From Mobula hypostoma (Eukaryota), in NCBI RefSeq assembly GCF_963921235.1, contig NC_086097.1:146570001-146634000 (forward strand): a stretch of 64,000 bases of DNA, given 5' to 3'. Position 1 is the stretch's first letter; the number at the start of each line of letters is the position of its first letter. This document shows, piece by piece, positions 25,100 through 38,750 of this stretch. Made by a program: the position numbers and the translations under genes. Below the pieces are notes generated by a model. It ran no database searches, was not told where the DNA came from, and was given only the letters and a program-made list of their open reading frames with translations.

Positions 25100-26900
25100 T
25101 TAGAAGCAGAATAAGGTTTAATATCACTGACATATGTTGTGAAAATTGTTGTTTTGTCACAGCAGCACATTGCAATATGTAATAAAAAAACTATAAATTG
25201 CAATAAGAAGTATATATAAAAATTAAAAACATAGTTCAAGAAAGGAAATTGCCTTTTAAACTCACGAGAGAGCATAGGCCATCAACTTTTTGCTGTTGAT
25301 ATTTCTGTAGCAGGCAATTTCTTTTTTACGAGGCCAAGTTGCTAGCTGGACGCTCAACCTAGCACGGATGGAAAGCATGCAAGGGAGCCGGCTGGATTTG
25401 AACTCCGGAGCCTTCGTTCCGAAGTCCGGTGCTGATGCCACTACGCCACCAGCCGGCATAGTTCAAAAAAAGGGGGGGAAAATAGCGAGGTACTGTTCAT
25501 GGGTTCATTGTCCACTCAGAATCAGATGGCAGAGGGGAAGACGCTGTTCTGAAATGACGAGTGTGTGTCAGGCTCCTGTACCTCCTCTTTGATGGGGAGG
25601 CTAGTGTACATGATGGAACTGACTGAGTTTGCAACTTTCTGCATTTTTTTTCAATCCTATGCATTGGCCCTTCCATACCATACGGTGATGAATACTCTCC
25701 ATGGTACAAATATAAAAACTTGCGAAAGACTTTGGTGACATACCAAGTCTTCCCAAACTCCTAATGAAATATAGCCACTGTCGTCATCGAGGGATCAGAA
25801 GTGGGAAGGGTGAACAGTTGCAAGATCCTGGGTGTCATATCTCTGAAGATCTATCCTGGGTCCAACACACTCTATGCAATTACACAGAAGGCATGGCAGT
25901 GTGTGTGTTCCCTCGACATTGAATAGAAGATTACGGTAGCAACACCGCTCCACCAGCTGATCTCTTTTGCTCATGTACGCCTCCTCGCCACCACCTGAAA
26001 TTCTGCCAACAGTAGTTCTGTGTTGGCAGATTTATAAATGGCGCTTGAGCTATGCCTAACCACCCAGTCGTAGCTATAGACGAAGTAAAGCAGTGAGCTA
26101 AGCCCACATCCTTGAGGCACACTCGTGTGGATTGTCAGCGAGAAGAAGATGTTATTTCCAATCTGCAAATACTGTGGTCTCCTGGTGAGAAGGTCAAGGA
26201 TCCAGTTGCAGATGGAAGTAGAGAGGCCTGGGTTTTTGAGCTTGTAATTAGAACAGAGGATATGATTGTGCTGAATGCTGAACTGTAATCAATTAACAGC
26301 AGCCTGACATAGGTATTACTATTGATTAGGTGATCCAAGGCCAAGAAGAGGGCCAGTGAGATTGCATTCACTGTAGACCTATTGTGTCGCTAGGCAATAT
26401 GCAGTGGGTCCAGGTCCTTGCTTAGGCAGGAGTTGATTCTGGCCATGACCAACCTCTCAAAACACTTCATCACAGTACATGTGAGTGCAATTGGGCAGCT
26501 CACCCTGGTCCACTTGACCACTGGTACTGTTGTCGCTCTTTTGAAGCAGGTGGGAACCTCCGACTGCAAGAGGGAGAGTTTGAAAACATCCTTGAACAGT
26601 GCCACCACTTGACTGGCACAGGTTTTTGGTGCTCTACCAGGTGCCTGACACCTTGTGAGGGTTCACCCTCATGAAAGATGTTCTGACATCAGTCTCCGAA
26701 ACAGAGCTCACAGGGTCACCAGATGCTGCAGGGATTTGCTTTTATTCTCCCTTTCACAAGCATGCGTAAAAGCTGTTGAGCTCATCTGAGAGTGAAGCAT
26801 TGCAGATGTTCATGATGTTAGGTTTCGCCTTGTAGGAAGTAACGACCTGCAAACCCTACCAGAGCTGATGTGCACCTGATTCAGTCTCTAACTTCAAATG
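25100..26900 (-). mobile_element. Rex1-type LINE, decayed and rearranged, with a nested SINE
   Basis: - strand [38 protein letters not shown] and VPQGC. Confidence 0.88.
25240..25457 (-). mobile_element. tRNA-derived SINE with a 9-bp TSD
   Basis: - strand head GCCGGCTGG TGGCGTAGTGG (A box) ... GAGTTCAAATCC (B box); ATAGTTCAA at 25231-25239 and 25458-25466. Confidence 0.85.
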
Positions 26901-27280
26901 AACCAATAACTAACCTACGTATTGCAGGATATTGCAGGTTATCTGTTTAGTAGCATCGAAGGAATATTGGATTCTCTGGATGGGCCTTTAAGTGTTCTCA
27001 AGCTCATCATTATTGTGTTTGCAATGAAAAAAGATCCAGATTGTTAGAATTGCAGGTGAGGAACTCAATAGTAGTTACTGCAGCCTTTTCTTTGTGGATT
27101 GTTCATCTTTGATTCAGTTTAGTTATGTTGTCTAAGGTTCAGTTTGAAGATGGAGAAGTCATTGGAGGGAGAAAGCTGATGGAGAATCGCTTCCTTCTTT
27201 TCTATGGCTTAGCATAACTTGCATTATTTTAAACATGGGATTATGCAATGACTTATTTTGGCTTCAATTGCTAATTTTGA

Positions 27281-27427
<147 letters not shown>

Positions 27428-27764
27428 TAAATGTTTTTTCCCCCCACACATTAGGTGTTTTACATTAGTAACTAGTCACTAATAAATCTGTGGTTGTCCT
27501 TGCCTTAGAGAATATAAAGGTTGATGTTTGTCATTTCAAACAAGGGATATGTCTCTACTACTTTGGACAACTAATTGCATCTTTGTCCCACTGGGTATAA
27601 CCGCTAACTGCAGAATATTAGTGGTGCAGAGATGGCTTCACTGAGATGAATTGAAATTCTGAAGTACAGGCATTAAGCTGATTTCACTCATTAACTTATC
27701 ACCAGCTTATCAACTTAAAAACTTACTACCAGCTGAGGGAAGGAGCGAGGTAAAGGTGCCTGTT

Positions 27765-28130
27765 GAAAGCCATAAAATACAGGAGCTGAATTAGGCTATT
27801 AGGCCTTCCGAGCCTGCTCCACCATTCCATCATGGCTGATTTATTATCCCTTTTAACCGCATTCTCCTGCCTTCTCCCTTTAACCTTTGACGCCCTGACT
27901 AATCAACAATCCATCAATATCCACTTTAAATAGACTCAATGACCTGGCCTCCGCAGCTATCTGTGACATTGAATTCCATAGACTCACCACCCTCTGGCTA
28001 AAGAAATTCCACCTTATCTCTGTCTAAATGGACACCCCTCTATTCTGAGGCTGTGCCCTCTCGTCCTAGACTCTCCCACTATTAGAAACATCCTCTCCAC
28101 ATCCACTCTGTTTAGGCCTTTCAATAATCT
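27765..28130 (-). mobile_element. CR1 LINE 3' end
   Basis: ccataaaatacaggagctgaattaggc ... catcctctccacatccactctgtttaggcctttcaataatct. Confidence 0.85.
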
Positions 28131-29116
28131 ACCTACTCTCCCAGTTAAAGCTAAGGAAACCCATGACACTATTCAAAGAAGAGCAGAGTGAGTTTTTCTC
28201 AGTGCCTTTGTCCGTATACATCACCCAAGCAAAATCTCTAATGTAGGTTATCTGACCATTATCACATTGCTGTCTTTGGGGTGTTAGTGTGTCTTTCATA
28301 TTATTGTATGCATTAGGGTTAAGGTTCGGGTTATGTAGTCTTAGGGTGACAAGAATCCTAAAGTATTTATTTGCTGCAGAGAACGTAGGAATATTCTGAG
28401 TAAAATACAAATGATTTACAAGTGAGTCCTAATGAAGGATCTTCAGCCTGAAATGTTAACTCTTATTTTCTCACGGATGTGGCTTGACATGCTGAGATTT
28501 TCAGCATACTCTGGATTTACTTTCATCATTCTTTCGTTTTCAGTTCACAGTTATCATTTGAATATTTTTGGGTCGACGATTTTTCATTTGAATATAAATT
28601 GCCTTTACTAACTTTCTCACAGTCTATGTTTCTCAACTGTTGTGATTATTTGTTATTTCTTCTTCCTTCAGGCTTTATGTAACTTCACCAGCATGTTAAC
28701 GTGTTCCAATCCACTGTCTTCAGATCTGCAGTTTCACTTTGCAGATTTGATCTGCAAAACAATTACTTGGGCTTCAGTGAATAAAAACAATGTGATACGA
28801 TCAAAAGGATCCCTGAGTCAGTCACATGGACTGCATTGCATGTTTGTGCTAATTATGGCAATGCTCAGCTCGTCCTTTAGACAAACAGTGCCAGGACACT
28901 GTTTTAAAGTTAGACTTGGCATAACTTCAATCAGTGAAGTTGTTTGCCTCTTGTTTTATTAATCTTGGAGACTCGTTCACCATTAGCAAAGCTGGTATTT
29001 GCTCCACATCCCTAGTTGTCTTTGAGTAGATGGTGATAGTCCTTCCCTTTGAACTACTGCTGTCTATTTAGTGAACATGGCAGACTGCTCAACACTTCAA
29101 TGAGCAGCAAAGAATT

Positions 29117-29533
29117 AAAGCAACACACACAAAAGGCTGGAGCAACTCAGTAGTTCAGGGAGTGTCTGTGAAAAAAAGTAAACAGTCAACAATTCAGGCC
29201 GAGACCCTTCATCAGGACTGGAAAGAAAGGCGGAAGGAGTCAGGCTAAGAAGGTGGGGGGAGGAGAGGAGGAAGTACTAGGAGGCAGGTGATAGGTGAAA
29301 CCGGGAGAGGGGGAGGGGTAAAGAGCTGGGAAGTTGATTCTTGAAAGAGATGAAAGGCTGGAGAAAGGGGATTGTGATAGGAGAGGACAGAAGACCATGG
29401 ACGAATGGGAAGGGGGAGGAGCACCAGAGAGAGGTCATGGGTAGATAAGAAGAGAAAGTGTCAGAGGGAAACAAGAATGGAGAATGGTGAAGGAGAGGAA
29501 AGGGAAGTAATTACCAAAAGTCTGAGAAATCAA
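29117..29533 (-). mobile_element. Neptune-type PLE 3' terminus
   Basis: Reverse complement of the family tail; hammerhead at 29183-29220 with GAAA changed to GAAT. Confidence 0.85.
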
Positions 29534-31429
29534 ATCTGTCTTCAAACACCATTTAACATGGACATATGATGTTCTTTCAACCAACAGCAGGTTGAATTGT
29601 TTTACTCCCTCCTACTTCCCCAACAGAGACTGCCCTCTGGCATAAGCAAACCTCAGTGTCCAGCATTTATCCATTTTAAACTCTCACAGGTTCGTTTGCA
29701 TACATGCCCAAAATTAAGTCATAATTAAACAACAATAACCTCCATCATATCAATTAGATAGATAAAGAAGTTCCATTCTGCTATATGCTTTGTTTTGTGC
29801 CTTGCATTCTGAAGCAGTTTGCTTCTACATCTCCTTTTAATCAGAACACACTAGCTTAAAATGTTGCAGTGCATACATTGGAACGTGCCTGTGCCAACAC
29901 TCCATTTCCTGCCCATTTCAATAGTGTTCCACCCTCTCTATAAGGTGACATCGCCCTTGCTGATAACTTCTTGCTAGCACAAAGTTGGATCAAGCTGTAA
30001 GGAAGTAATTCTACTTTTTTATTCTACAGGAAGGGCTGGGAGAAAGAAGTGGGAAAATAATTCTTGGTCTGAAGCAATGACCAAGGCCTCAGCCTTTAAC
30101 ATTTTTAAGAGCTTAGCAGTTTACAATTCCTTTTTATTTATTATTTTTGGCATGGTAACCAAGAGGAGTAAAGGAGGGACAGTGACTGGGCCTTATGGGA
30201 AGGGAGAATGTTGGGGATGGATGAATACGGAGCATGGAAGTGGAAAAGAGGCTGAGAAAATATAGCTAAATATAGATCATTATTGGTTAGATAGGTAGTT
30301 GTGATTTCATCTGATGAGGCCATAAGGCAGCAAGCAAGCATATATTTTGCTGATTTGTGAAGGATAAACTACAGTGCAAACTCAATGTAGAACAATTTGG
30401 GGCAACTTTAACATCCTCATTCCAAAGACGGCAGCTTATCTACATTGTATTTTAATCACTTTATGGGTGAAACTTACATTTACTAACCTAATTTGCACTT
30501 AGCTGTATTTACAAAAGATAATGCCAAGCCGTCACTTATTGTGAGATTGGTGGCCATGTTGCGCTTGTTGTCAAGAACTAATCTGGGATAGTGCAGTGTA
30601 AGTCCTGAATGCTTGTCTCTGGTAACAATTCATTCAGTTTCAGGAACATCTTTGCCCACAACCTAATTTGCATGAAGCAGCAATTTTGGGATGATCTTGC
30701 TGCATTCCTGTAACTCAGCTCCGATCTTCCAGAAGTGTGTTAACTTTATGTCCTATATCTCAATTTTTTTTCCGACACTGTATAAAATTGATGGCCTATT
30801 CCACCCAGAACTGAAATTCAAACCTTGGATCTTATTTACTACCAAAGTAACTCAACTTAAAGCTTTGCTAGAGTTTGTGTTCCATACTTTAATTATATCT
30901 ATGCTCAGTTATGTAAAAATTATTCTTACTACCCCTGTGTTTTACATCATTCCTCTCAAATTCAGAATTTGCCCATAATCTGTCAGACAAAATTGATTTA
31001 GTTTTCACTAACTTGAGGTTAATTGGTCATTGTAAATTTTCCCGTGATTAGGCTAGCATTAAATTGGAGGAACACACATCAAAGTTGCTGAGGATGGGCT
31101 TACTGGGTGGTGCAGCTCTAAGGGCCAGAAGAGCCTACTCCACCCTGTATCTAAATAATAATAATAATGATACTGGGATCTCTGTTATGGACCTAACAAT
31201 CTTCTCCTTGCTATATGCAGTAATCTTGGATAGAGGTTAAAGGTCAACTTGTAAGAAGTAAAATTCTACAGATTTGTAAAAAAAGAATAATGTTAATGAA
31301 GGTAAACGTTGGTTACTTACAGCCAAGAATGATGGAGCACATAAACAAGTACTTTGTTTCAGTTTTCATAGAAGACACAAATACCTTTGCATAACAACTA
31401 GGGAGTGAAGGCACCAGTAAAAAAAGCAG

Positions 31430-32085
31430 AATCACCTACGTTCTGTCCACCAGAGAAAGCAGGAGCTCCCAGTGGCCACATATTTTAATTCCATGTCCCA
31501 TTCTCATTCTGATATGTCAATCCATGGCCTCCTCTACTGTCAAGATGAAGCCACACACAGGTTGAAGGAACACCACCTTATATTCCGTCTGGGTAGCCTC
31601 CAATCTGATGGCATGAACATTGACTTCTCTAACTTCTGTTAATGCCCCTCCTCCCCTTCTTACCCCATCCCTTATTATTTTTTTATTTTTTCCTTTTTTT
31701 CTCTCTCTGTCCCTCTCACAATTACTCCTTGCCTGCTCTCCATCTTCCTCTGGCGCTCCCCTTTCCCTTTCTTTCTCCCTAGGCCTCCCATCCCATGATC
31801 CTCTCCCTTCTCCAGCCTTGTATCCCTTTTGCCAATCAACTTTACAGCTCTTAGCTCCATCCCTCCCCCTCCTGTCTTCTCCTATCATTTCAGATCTCCC
31901 CCTCTCCCTCCCACTTTCAAATCTCTTACTATCTCTTCTTTCAATTAGTCCTGACGAAGGGTCTCGGCCCGAAACGTCGATTGTGCTTCTTCCTATGGAT
32001 GCTGTCTGGCCTGCTGTGTTCCACCAGCATTTTGTGTGTGTGTTGCTTGAATTTCCAGCATCTGCAGATTTTCTTGTGTTTGCGA
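31430..32085 (+). mobile_element. Young Neptune-type PLE 3' fragment in a kinase intron
   Basis: High similarity by eye to 53415-54055; carries the intact hammerhead motif. Confidence 0.92.
31947..31982 (+). ncRNA. Minimal type I hammerhead ribozyme motif with intact core
   Basis: AGTC CTGACGA A GGGT-CTCG-GCCC GAAA CG TC GATT. Stem I AGUC/GAUU, stem II GGGU/GCCC, palindromic ACGU in place of stem III. Predicted cleavage after C31978. Activity untested. Confidence 0.8.
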
Positions 32086-33025
32086 ATTAATGTGTTTTCT
32101 CTCTTTCCCAGAGCTGATGAAGAGTCTCATACTGAATACCCTGCCCAGATGTTGTTTGATCTGCTGATTGTTTCCTGCGTTTTCTGTTTTTATTCCATAA
32201 ACCCCTGCATGAAAATTCATACATGGACCTTGCTCATACTTTGTCAGTGTTGAAAAAGGCTAACATCATCGATTTGTTATTTATTTCTATTTTCATTTAC
32301 AGTTTGTTGTCCATTGATCCTGTTTACAGTTACTGTTCTATAGATTTGCTAAGTATGCCCACAGAAAACGAATTTCAAGTTTGTATATGGTGACATGTAT
32401 ATACTTTGATAATAAATTTTACTTTGAACTTTGAATTTTATGAACTTTGAATATTCATGTTAACTGATTCCCAGTTTAAATGCTTGAATTTCAGTACCAT
32501 CCAGGACAAAGCAGTCCTGTGGAACAGTACTACTTCCAGCATCTGAAACACACATCCACTCCACCACTGGCAGATCATTGCTGTACTTTCTCTAAATAGT
32601 CCCAGCTGCAGCAGCTCACCAGGTCTTGTTCAGCAGCACCTTTTAGGGCCCAAATTCCATCCCTTGGAAGGGCAAGAACAGTGCGTATAAAGACAATCGT
32701 CATCTTAAAATTCCACTCCAGATCATGTGACATGCCATTGTAAGTTCAGAATTGTGGAATTCCTTACATACCAGCACTGTCGGAAGTACTTAGACTGGAG
32801 CAGTCCAAGAACAAAGCTCAGTAAATGTGTCTCATGTACACCTGGGATCTGTGTCTCAAATGTGTCTACTTGTACTGAGAACAGACTTTCTGAAAGCAGA
32901 CAACAGTTTCTGGTGTACTTACGTTTATAATCTTATTTGAGTAAAATAATCATCAAATGCTACTGCTGTAATTTCTCAAGTACACTTTGAAACAATTCAC
33001 GAATGCTGTCATTTTCTCATTGCAG

Positions 33026-33203
33026 GTGCCAACATATTGAGAGACTCTGTAGGGAACATCAAACTGGGCGACTTTGGGGCCAGCAAGCGTTTGCAGACTA
33101 TTTGTATGTCAGGGACAGGCATTAAATCAGTAACAGGAACACCCTACTGGATGAGCCCTGAAGTTATTAGTGGAGAAGGATATGGCAGGAAAGCAGATGT
33201 CTG
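33026..33203 (+). CDS. map3k22: map3k22-like coding exon 8: (G)[58 protein letters not shown](W)
   Basis: ctcattgcag| acceptor and TG|gtaggt donor; 178 nt. DFG, activation loop and SPE motif intact. Confidence 0.98.
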
Positions 33204-33954
33204 GTAGGTATTATATTGAGAACAATGTAAAAAAAAGAGTTGTTATGGACTATGTTTCATTGTAAAAACATTTCTTGGACCTATAAAAAGAACATGTAAT
33301 GATCCAGTGAATACAGTACAGTGAAGAGGTGAACATGAAGGGACTCCACTTTATGAATGAAGATATTAGGGACAATAAAAGCTAAGTAGAAATTAGCAAA
33401 CCATGAGTTTAGAAGAAACATTGGGACATATCTTTTATGCAAATGAAGTGATGGAAATCTCTGTCTTTTCTGTTTTGAGCAGAAAAGTTTCAAGATGAAT
33501 TTATTAGTGTTGGTCAAAATGACAACGAGAAGTAATCTTTTATATTTGATGTAGAGCCAGAACCAGATTTAACATGACTGGCAAAATATCTAGAGGGGAG
33601 ATGTAGAGAAACTTCTATATGGAATGAGTCATTATTTCAGTTGTTCCACATGAAAAGATGGCACAAGCAGCTTCTATAGTAATTTCCTAAATGGAATTGG
33701 ATAAAAGAAAGAATTGCAGGACCATGAAGAATATTTTGGTGGTTGATGCTAAGTAATAGGGCTCTAAGAAAGAGAGAAGTAAAACCTGGAATAGGCCTGT
33801 TTTTTAAAATCATTGTAATGTAAGAAAAAAAAATTATGAAGCATGACACTTACTTGCAACACAAGAATAGTTAATAACTGTACTGATGCTGTTGTTATAT
33901 TTTGAATATTGTTTATGTGAGTCTTTGAAATTGTTGTCTTTCCAATTTATTAAG

Positions 33955-34192
33955 GAGCGTCGGGTGCACCATTGTAGAAATGCTGACCGAGAAGCCCCCA
34001 TGGGCAGAGTTTGAAGCCATGGCAGCTATCTTCAAAATTGCCACTCAGCCAACTAAACCCCAGCTTCCAGACAGTGTCTCAAACTCCTGCCGTGGGTTCC
34101 TGAAGCAGATATTCGTAGAGGAGAAACGGAGACCATCAGCAGATGAGCTTCTGAGACATGCCTTCATTCAGTATAACCCACTGTTTGTTTGA
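33955..34192 (+). CDS. map3k22: map3k22-like terminal coding exon: (W)[78 protein letters not shown]
   Basis: ttattaag| acceptor in phase 2; kinase subdomains IX-XI; TGA at 34190-34192. The nine exons sum to 1248 nt = 416 codons including the stop. Confidence 0.96.
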
Positions 34193-34652
34193 AGAGTATA
34201 ATGTTGGACTTTGAAATTGGTGTTGACTCTTTTTCACGGCTCTTTCCAAAATGATAATTTTTAGCATTGTACATATTATTTGTAAACAAAGAAAAGCACA
34301 AAACTTAACAACAGTCCAATGTATTTGCACATTTTGTTTTTCCCTCCTAGGACAGTCCCTCATCTCTACTAGTGCTCTAGTATAAATGAGGAATGACGTA
34401 AATTTTCAACGCAGAAGGAAAAGTAGGAAATTCTGTACAATTCTCAGATATTGTGCTTGTATTTGCGCATTTTCCCATGATTTTTCCAGAACAAGACCAT
34501 CTCATCTTCATGGAATATAAACAGTAAATGTACATTGTGCAGTATAGTCAAATGAAGTTACCATGTGACTGACAGATTATATTTTGCAAAGGAAAGTTTG
34601 GTGCCAAAATGCCCTGGATTCATCTTCCATTCCATGTTTTCATATATCTGTG

Positions 34653-34658
34653 AATAAA
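34653..34658 (+). terminator. Candidate polyadenylation signal (AATAAA) of the kinase 3' UTR; alternative ATTAAA at 34877-34882
   Basis: AATAAA about 460 nt after the stop, in AT-rich non-repeat sequence. No transcript evidence. Confidence 0.45.
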
Positions 34659-35186
34659 AGAAAAATAGTTCAGACCTTTGACATACTTGCAGCGTAGTTA
34701 ATTGATTTAACAAAAGATGTTAGGCTCTTAATACTGAAATGCTCTAATTCTGAGCCTTTCTTTATTCATTTTTCTATTCTACTGTTGACTTGTATATATT
34801 ATTGACTTTTAAATATAACTGTTTATTTGAGAGCTATTTTGTATAAAAACATGTAATCCTCCTTTCAGTTGATGGAATTAAAGGATCATTGAATTGAACT
34901 GGTAATTTATATCAATATATTTGAATGTGTTAATGTCTGAGCCAAGTAAGCAGAAAAATTGTAGAAGTCTGACCGTAATCTTCCAAATCTCTTTGAATTA
35001 TGGTGTTCTGCCAGAGAACTGGAAGATTCAGATGTTACACCTACTTTTTACAAAGAAAATGGTGGAGGGGTAAGCTCAACGATTATAGAGGAATATAACT
35101 GGAGAAACCTTAAGAGTTTTTGAGATGAGGAATTTGTTCCTGTTTGTAAATGGCATTGTGCTAGGAAAATATATCACTTGTCTCTC

Positions 35187-35723
35187 AACACGAGGTTCTG
35201 CAGATGCTGGTAATCCAGAGTAACACACACAAAATGTTGGAGGAACTCAGTAGCCCAGGCAGCATCTGGGGAGAGGATTAAAGAGTTGACATTTTGAGCT
35301 AAGACCTTCGGGGAAAAGAAGCCAGAATAAGAAGGGGCGGGAGAGAGGAGTACAAGCTGAAAGGTGACAGGTGAAGCCTCGTGGGTGGGGTGGGTGGATG
35401 AAGTTTGAAACATGGAGGTGATAGATGGAAAAAGTAAATGGCTGAAGAAGAAGGAGGAGGAATCTGATAGAGGAGAGTGGACCATAGTAGAAAGGGAAGG
35501 TGGAGGGATTCTAGAGGGGGGAAATAAGCAGGTTAGGAGACGAGAAGCTGTAAAAGGGATGCTAGTATGGGGAGTGGAAAATGGGGGGAAGTTGGAGAAA
35601 TTAATGTTAAAGCCATCAGGTTGCAAGCTACCCAAACAGAATATTATGTGTTGCTCCTGCACCCTGAGAGTGGCTTCACAGTGGCTGTAGAGGGGGCCAT
35701 GGAGGACGTATTGGAATGGGAAT
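35187..35723 (-). mobile_element. Neptune-type PLE 3' fragment downstream of the kinase
   Basis: ORF 35174-35662 (-) begins QEQHIIFCLGSLQPDGFNINFSNF; family tail present. Confidence 0.88.
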
Positions 35724-37524
35724 CCGAATACCTGTTGAGAGCTTTATACAAGGAAATGGTGACATTTGTAATCCTTTCCATGAGTAAATCTGGAAGTTCC
35801 AAGTGCCATCATGAACTAGTGTTCACTTTTTGAGCTTCAGCCAGGTCATTGGCATTACAGCCCACCTCTCTAAGTATTTGGCTACATGGGGTGAATGCTT
35901 TTGCATAAGTGGCAAGACAGATAATGCAATAAATATCTTACTTCTCCAAAGGTGCCTTCACAATCATAGTGGAATCAATCAAGAAGATCAGAATCTTTGG
36001 ATCCCTTTCCCAAAATATAGAAAGATTCGCCTGAATAATTAAACAAAATTTATCTCAGTTTTTTAACTTAGCTAAACTCCATTGCTCTTAAAAAAACAAC
36101 TCCTCAATATAGGTGTAAGTGATGCCTATGTCACTTCAGGTGTCAGAGAAGCTGAACTATTTCCATCTGTTCAGAGAAGCTATCCATACCTGTGGCACAA
36201 AAAATTATATTTTGTTATTATGCAGAGTCAGACAGCTGTCAAACATAGAAGATGGTTAAATGGCCAGACCCAAAGTTGCTGAAATGTGAATTGTTAAATA
36301 TTAAATATTGATGGGAAGAAGTAGGAGGAAAAATTCAATTGCAAAGCATGTTTTTAACTTGTTAAATAATTGATTACTAGTGTAAAACGCACATGCTGAG
36401 TAATGAGAAATTTAACCAGCTCATACTGTGCACAAGATGTCTTTATGCACACACATAGAACTTAAGAGTTACTAATCTGTGCACTCTGCTCATTTGTCAG
36501 TTTCGCTATGAGATTAATCATGAAATGTGATGTGCTGTAATTTACATTCTCCTTAGATCATGCACAAGAAATCAAGTTCATAGGAGCTTCAAGGGTAAGT
36601 TCTGGAAGATTTTGGCCAATTGGTCGTATTACCCAGAGTCTTCCAGGAGATGCACTCCAACCTGCTGTTTCACTGAAAGCAATGAATCAGGTGATTTTAT
36701 TAAAACTGAAATGGACAGAGTAAGCAGAATATTTATTTTGGATTTCCAGCATTGCAATAATTTTTGCAGGCAGACACTTAACATGAAGGCGCAAGAACTC
36801 TGTCTCCTGTAGGCAAAATGTACAGGCACGAAGATCAGAGACATCATTTCCTACTTCAGCAGAAGGAAACAGGCCTGAAACCTTGTAAGAGAGATATTTC
36901 TGAGGGTTTAACAAGTGATAGACGACATTCCTATGAAAAGACATTGGTGCAAGTTAAGTTAACATAGCAGTAACTCAGAGGATGAGACAAGATAGCTGAA
37001 TTACAAATCTCACCTCACCAGCTGTAGAACTGGGTTAATAATGTTTATATTAAAACATCTACTAGTCTTAATTATGATGGTCACAAAGCTATGAGATATT
37101 CATAAAAAAAATATCTAGTTCACTAAAGCACCCACCCAGAGGAAAATGCCATTCCTACCTGGTTTGGCTTGTATATAGTCATAGAATTCTACCGCACAAA
37201 AACACAATTACAATCAAGTTATGGTGTCAATCCTGCTTAAGCACAATGCATGGTTGATGTTTCACAAGGCATACCCAAAACATACAAATTCAGTGAAACC
37301 TGTACACATGTAGGCTAAATGCTAAACAGGATGCAATAGGTAAACTCAGAACCAACAGATCAGAAGAAACATTTGCCATATAAATGGTGGCGTGCAATTA
37401 ACCAGCTAATGGAGGGAGGCAATTCCTAGAACATCCTTATTCCCAGTCATCATTGGCACACCAGTGAGTGCTAAATGCAGAGTTGAAGCATTTATTTCCA
37501 ACCAAAATTCTTGAATGACTACCA

Positions 37525-38750
37525 TCACACATCATGAAGACACTAGAGAGGCTGGTCCTTGCTCACGTCTGTCCCATGGTCAGATCAGCCCTTGATCCCT
37601 GGCAGTTTGCCTTCTAGGAGCACATTGGAGTTGACAATGCTGTCATCTACCTGATGAGCAGAGCCTACTCCTATTTGGTAAACAGGACAGTACTGTGAGG
37701 ATCATGTTTTTTGATTTCTCAAGTGCCTTCAATACCATACAACCCTCAGTACAGGGGGAAAAGCTCAGCTCACTGCAGGTTGTATCCTGGATAACAGTTT
37801 ATTCAGCTTCAGAGTTGTGTGTCGGACATGGCTATAAGCAGCACTGGTGCCCCATAGGGGACTGCATTGGGTTCCTTCCTGTTTACCCAGTATACCTTGG
37901 ACTTTAGATACAACACTAAGTGATGCTATCTGCAGAAATTGACTTAGCAATAGTTGGGTGTGGAAAGAGTGGATGAATACAGGGCCCTGGTGGAGGACTT
38001 CGTCAAATGGTGCAAACTGAATCATCTGCAGCTCAACATCAATGAGACAATTGAGATGCTGATGGACTTTAGGGAGTCTAAACCTGCACTGCTTCCTGTT
38101 ACTATTGATGGTGAGAACGTGGATGTGGTGAGGACCTACATGTACCTGGGGTGCACCTGGATGACAGACTTGAGTGGAGCACCAACACAGAGTCAGTGTT
38201 CAAGAAGGGCCAGAGTCAGCTCTACTTCCTGAGCAGACTTGGGTCCTTTGGAGTATGCAGGCCTCTCCTTCACATGTTCTACCTGTCTATTGTCACCAGT
38301 ACAATCATCTAGGCAGTGGTGAGCTGGAGCAATGGCATCAACATGGGCAATGCCAACAGGATCAATAAACTGATTAGAAAGGCTAGCTCTGTATTAGGAG
38401 TCAAACTGGATATGCTAGAGGTTGTAGTAGAACAAAGGACCCTATGGAAAATCCAGGCAATTCTCGATAATGTTTCTTGCCTTCTGCATGCCACCTTGGC
38501 TGAACAGAGGAGCACTTCTGGCAAAAGACCAAGACAACTGCACTGCTCCAAAGAGCACTATATGATGTCATTCTCACCTATAATGCATCGACCTATAGCC
38601 AGGAAAGTGATGACTCCCTCCTATTAGACTGTTTGAGGTATCTTTTTTTAATTCTTTCTACTTGTCTTCTAATATTTACATATCTGTGCACTTGTAATGC
38701 TGTGACACTAATTTACTCTGGGATCTATTAGTATCTATCTATCTATCTAC
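37525..38750 (+). mobile_element. Rex1/Babar-type LINE (second family) with (TATC)n tail, inserted in an older CR1/L2-group remnant (about 36970-39520)
   Basis: RIMFFDFSSAFNTIQP, FVKWCKLNHLQLNINET and YMYLG; tatctatctatctatct at about 38733-38749. Confidence 0.85.

Noticed and set aside
25383..25457. tRNA gene (also 46050-46128 and 51770-51839)
   Set aside because: A and B boxes are present but there is no clean cloverleaf; each continues into a SINE body, and two have TSDs.
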